DNA of 64,000 nt from Felis catus (taxonomy: Eukaryota). Below are positions 60,640-64,000 of this stretch, in pieces; position 1 is the stretch's first letter, and each line of letters begins with the position of its first letter. The position numbers and the translations under genes are program-made. The notes under the pieces are model-generated. The model ran no database searches. It saw only the letters and a program-made list of their open reading frames with translations, and was not told the DNA's origin. The stretch spans positions 237,090,001 through 237,154,000 of the forward strand of contig NC_058368.1 of the NCBI RefSeq assembly GCF_018350175.1. The letters run 5' to 3'.

Positions 60640-62206
60640 TCAGTTTTTATAAAATGATATTCCGTGGTCACCATCTCTCCAATTTATTCCAGACTAATCA
60701 CCAAAGTTCCCCTAAAAAATGGATACCACAATCTAAAACACGACAAAATGTTTTTTTTTTCCTTCCTAAATAAAGATCGGGTTTATTTTGATCAAACTGA
60801 GCTACACACAACACTTGATGTCAAAGTCCGCTTCAGCATTTGTCTCTTGGGTGTGGGGGGGAATTTTCCGCAAAGACTTCCCGAACGTCGAAGTTGCGTG
60901 TCCGCCGCCGTTCAGCTGGTGGTCCTGTGTGTCCTGTGCCAGCCTCTGACCGGCCACGTGACCTCGCTGACGGGAGGGTCTGGGGGGCCTGGCCACTCTG
61001 CTGCCCCTCCACTCCTGCTGCTGAGCACAGCAACTTCGGAGGTGAGGTCCGGTCTGGAATCTCTGCCCCTGGGTCTACGTGACCTGACACTGGAGGCTTG
61101 CTCGCCGTCCTCCTGACATCCAAAGGACCCCTGGTGGCCTCTGAGGGGAACCCCTGGCCCACCTTGCTCTCCAGGTGTGACGAGGCCGCCCATTCCCACC
61201 AGGGCTTTCTCGCAGGGGCTAACTTCTCCCCCCGCGCAGGGATAGGAAAGCGGGTGGTTCGCGCCTCTGGTCCCCAAGCCTGAGAAGGAGCCTGTGGCAA
61301 GGAAGCCAGTAGAGACTGGATGATGTCCACGTACACACTCTGTCCCGCCCCCAGAGTGCAGACGCGCAGGCATCTTGTCGAGTACGACCCAGGGGACATG
61401 CAGAGGAGGGTCCTGTGTGCAGATGCAGCACAGGTGAGAGCAGTTGGGCCTTTAGAGAAAATTCCAGAAGTGCAAAGCCGCCCTTCAGTGGCTCCGCGCT
61501 TTACTGGTGAGGAAGCAAAGAGGAGGCTGTGCGCTCACCCTCCCCCCCACCCACCCCGTCACCTGGCCGAAGCTCCCAGCTGTCAGGCTCTCCCCGTCTG
61601 TGGGTCTGACGGACACTGAACTCCGGCCACGGCTGCCCGCGCTTTGCCGATGCCACACCAGGGTCCCCTCCAGGGCAGGCCAAGCAGACCCGCGTGAGCG
61701 TTTGCAAGGTCCCCGCGGGCAGGGCTGCAAGGGGGATGCACTGGGGAAGGGATGGCCCTGATCACACGGAGTGTTTGTTCAGGAGCTGCAGGCGTCAGTC
61801 CACGGCACTGCCTCGCCCCCCAGTCCAGGCGCTCTGAGTCACGGGGGCGCACAGAGGCTGAAGGGCTGTGTGCAGAGCAGGGCTCGCTAGGACGCGGGGG
61901 CGAGGGGACTGCACGAAGGCCCAGGCTTTCCTGGTGGCAGAGACATCAAGGGGGATGCAGCATAGGAAGCGTGAGGACCGTCTGTGAGTGTGGAGGCATT
62001 GTGGGGTGGCCATTGGGGAGGCCCTACAGAGACTGAGACCCCAGGTGTGGCAGGAGAGGTGGGAGGCGGGACGCGTGGTCCCTCTCCTCCCTGAGCCATC
62101 TGGACCCTGACCGAGGAGGCCTCGGGACACCAAGTGACCCCTCTGCTCCTGTGACTCCTGGGCCTCCCATGCTCTGTGCTCCTGAGATGGCGGCAAACCA
62201 AGGCAG

Positions 62207-62259
62207 TGACCCCCTGGCCCAGAGATGACCCCCTGGCCCAGTAGGTGACCCCCCCCCCC
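62207..62259. repeat. Short tandem repeat of 19-20 bp, about 2.5 copies
   Basis: tgaccccctggcccagaga / tgaccccctggcccagtagg / tgacccccccc. Confidence 0.7.
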
Positions 62260-63561
62260 GTGGAGGACATGACCTCACCCCATCAAGCGCCAGCAGCCTG
62301 GGCTCCAGCCAGATGGTGGGTCGAATGCAGTGGGACGTGGCAAGGTGGCGGGCCTCTGCCGGTCAGTCTCTTGGGGCCCCAGAAACACAGTCTGGGATCG
62401 GCTTGAGGCCACGCTGACCCCGGGAAAGCCCCAAGCTCCTGTCATCATCCAGCCCAGGGAGGCTCTGTGTGCTTTTAACCTGCAGGACCGCTGCCTGGCC
62501 AGGACCTCCAGAGCCCCCGCCTGAGGGGGGCTCAGAGAGAGGGGGCCCCGCCTGGAGGGGTTTGAGGCTGAGAGTCCTCCCTGATGAACGCACCTCACAA
62601 TTCCTCCCCAAGCCAACATCCTGGGATTTTCTTTTTTTAAGAATCTCCTTTAAAAAAGCATTTGGGGGCTAAAAATAATGAGCTCAAAACTGCGCACGAT
62701 AGTTTAGAGCTTATCCTAGAAAAGGGGGGGCTCGTACTGCAGAACGGACTCTGGGCTGCAGTCCTCGTGGGATTTGATTTAACACAGAAAACATTCCACA
62801 GCACGTCCCCCTTCGAGCTTGAGACTCCACACCGATCTTTAGAGAATCCGCAGCCAGTGCCCGTGATGGTTACAGTTTCCTCAGACTTCGTTTCGGCTCC
62901 TGCCTCCCCACAGGGGCTGGGCCGGCCTCCGAACCACACCCGCTGGAGACTTGGGGGCAGAGGTGGTGGGGGGAGAGCTTCAGGGACGCCTGCCGGCACC
63001 ATGCTTGGCCCAGACGGTACGAGGGCTCGGAGGTGCAGCCACAGGAGCGCAGTGACCTCTCGGGTGGGACACCGTAGCAGCTGAGCAAGAACTTGGGCAT
63101 AACTTGCTGGGCACTCTAGAGTGTCCTGGGATTGAGGAGACTAGCGTGTGAGGTGCAGTGATGGATTGTGGGCCGAAAGTCCCAGGGAAACATGCCTGTG
63201 TGTCCTCAGCCCGCCCGGTGGATGGGGGCGGGCCTTCCAGGACATGCCTCCCACGTCCCCAGAACACATGGCGACGTGGGGACAAGTGCCCAGAAGACTG
63301 CCGCAGGATGCCCATGGGATGGGTCTCAAGGCACAGGTTCCCTGAAAATGAGAGGTGGGAGGACCGGTTTGTGGAAGACAGGAACTAGAAAAGGAAATTA
63401 CCCTGGTTTTCCCTTTCTTTCCCAAATAACGCTCGCCAAAGCAGTCTGGTGGAGGGCCTTAAAATAAAAACGTAACATGCAACGGGGAGTGAAAAGATAT
63501 CAGTTAAATCTTACAGCTTGCTGCCATTCTCAGTGGAAAACGGATTTAAAAGGTACGCAAA

Positions 63562-63779
63562 GGGCTCCAGGGCAGCTCAGTCGGTTAAGCATCTGACTTC
63601 AGCTCAGGTCACGATCTCATGGTTCGTGGGTTCGAGCCCCGCGTCGGGCTCTGTGCTGACGGCTCGGAGCCTGGAGCCTGCTTCCGATTCCGTGTCTCCC
63701 TCTCTCTGCCCCTGCCCTATTCGCGCTTTCTCTCTCTCTCTCTCTCAAAAACAAATAAACATTAAAAAAATAAAAAAGA
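63562..63779 (+). mobile_element. CAN-SINE (feliform type)
   Basis: Full SINE; TSD-like aaaaggtacgcaaa / aaaagggacacaaa. Confidence 0.95.
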
Positions 63780-64000
63780 AAAGGGACACAAAAAGAAGAA
63801 ACATGATGGGGAAAGTTCAGACTTTTAAGCTGGCTAAATACTGTGAAAAGTGTCTTCAGAGCGTGCTGATGTTTTTTGTTGTCGCTGCTGGTCATTTGCT
63901 CACGAAATAAAAACGATGCTCCCACGCACCGGGGTTGTGCTGGGGACAATCAACCACGACCAGCAAGCAGGTCACACTCAGTCCCTGCCTTCGAGAGTGC

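Noticed and set aside
1..64000. Assigning the window to a named developmental gene locus
   Set aside because: No recognisable exon anchors the locus, so any gene name would be a guess

Overview
This is mammalian genomic DNA, almost certainly from a feliform carnivore (cat-like). It carries about 19 tRNA-derived CAN-SINEs, most with the feliform-type body (…GCTCTGTGCTGACAGCTCAGAGCCTGGAGCCTGCTTCGGATTCTGTGTCTCCC…(CT)n…AATAAA). The window reads as non-coding intronic or intergenic sequence. I recognise no host protein-coding gene. The long ORFs in the track are artefacts of GC-rich or low-complexity sequence, except for decayed LINE-1 ORF2 remnants at about 32-36 kb. The background is very GC- and CpG-rich, like a distal or subtelomeric region. 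It holds five MaLR (MLT1-type) solo LTRs, MIR and L2 relics, hAT MITEs (MER5-like and a palindromic MER53-like copy) and microsatellites. It is interrupted by an AT-rich L1 block and by several repeat-free AT-rich islands dense in homeodomain, POU and forkhead motifs (about 11.8-12.1, 22.1-22.8, 25.4-26.95, 38.8-40.2 and 45.3-46.5 kb). These islands look like conserved non-coding enhancers of a developmental gene, which I cannot name. I found no convincing novel biological system. The best leads are the enhancer-like islands, two candidate micro-exons, a permuted L1 arrangement, nested or re-used SINE insertion sites and signs of GC-biased substitution. Repeat family names come from recalled consensus similarity, not from a database search, and boundaries are approximate.
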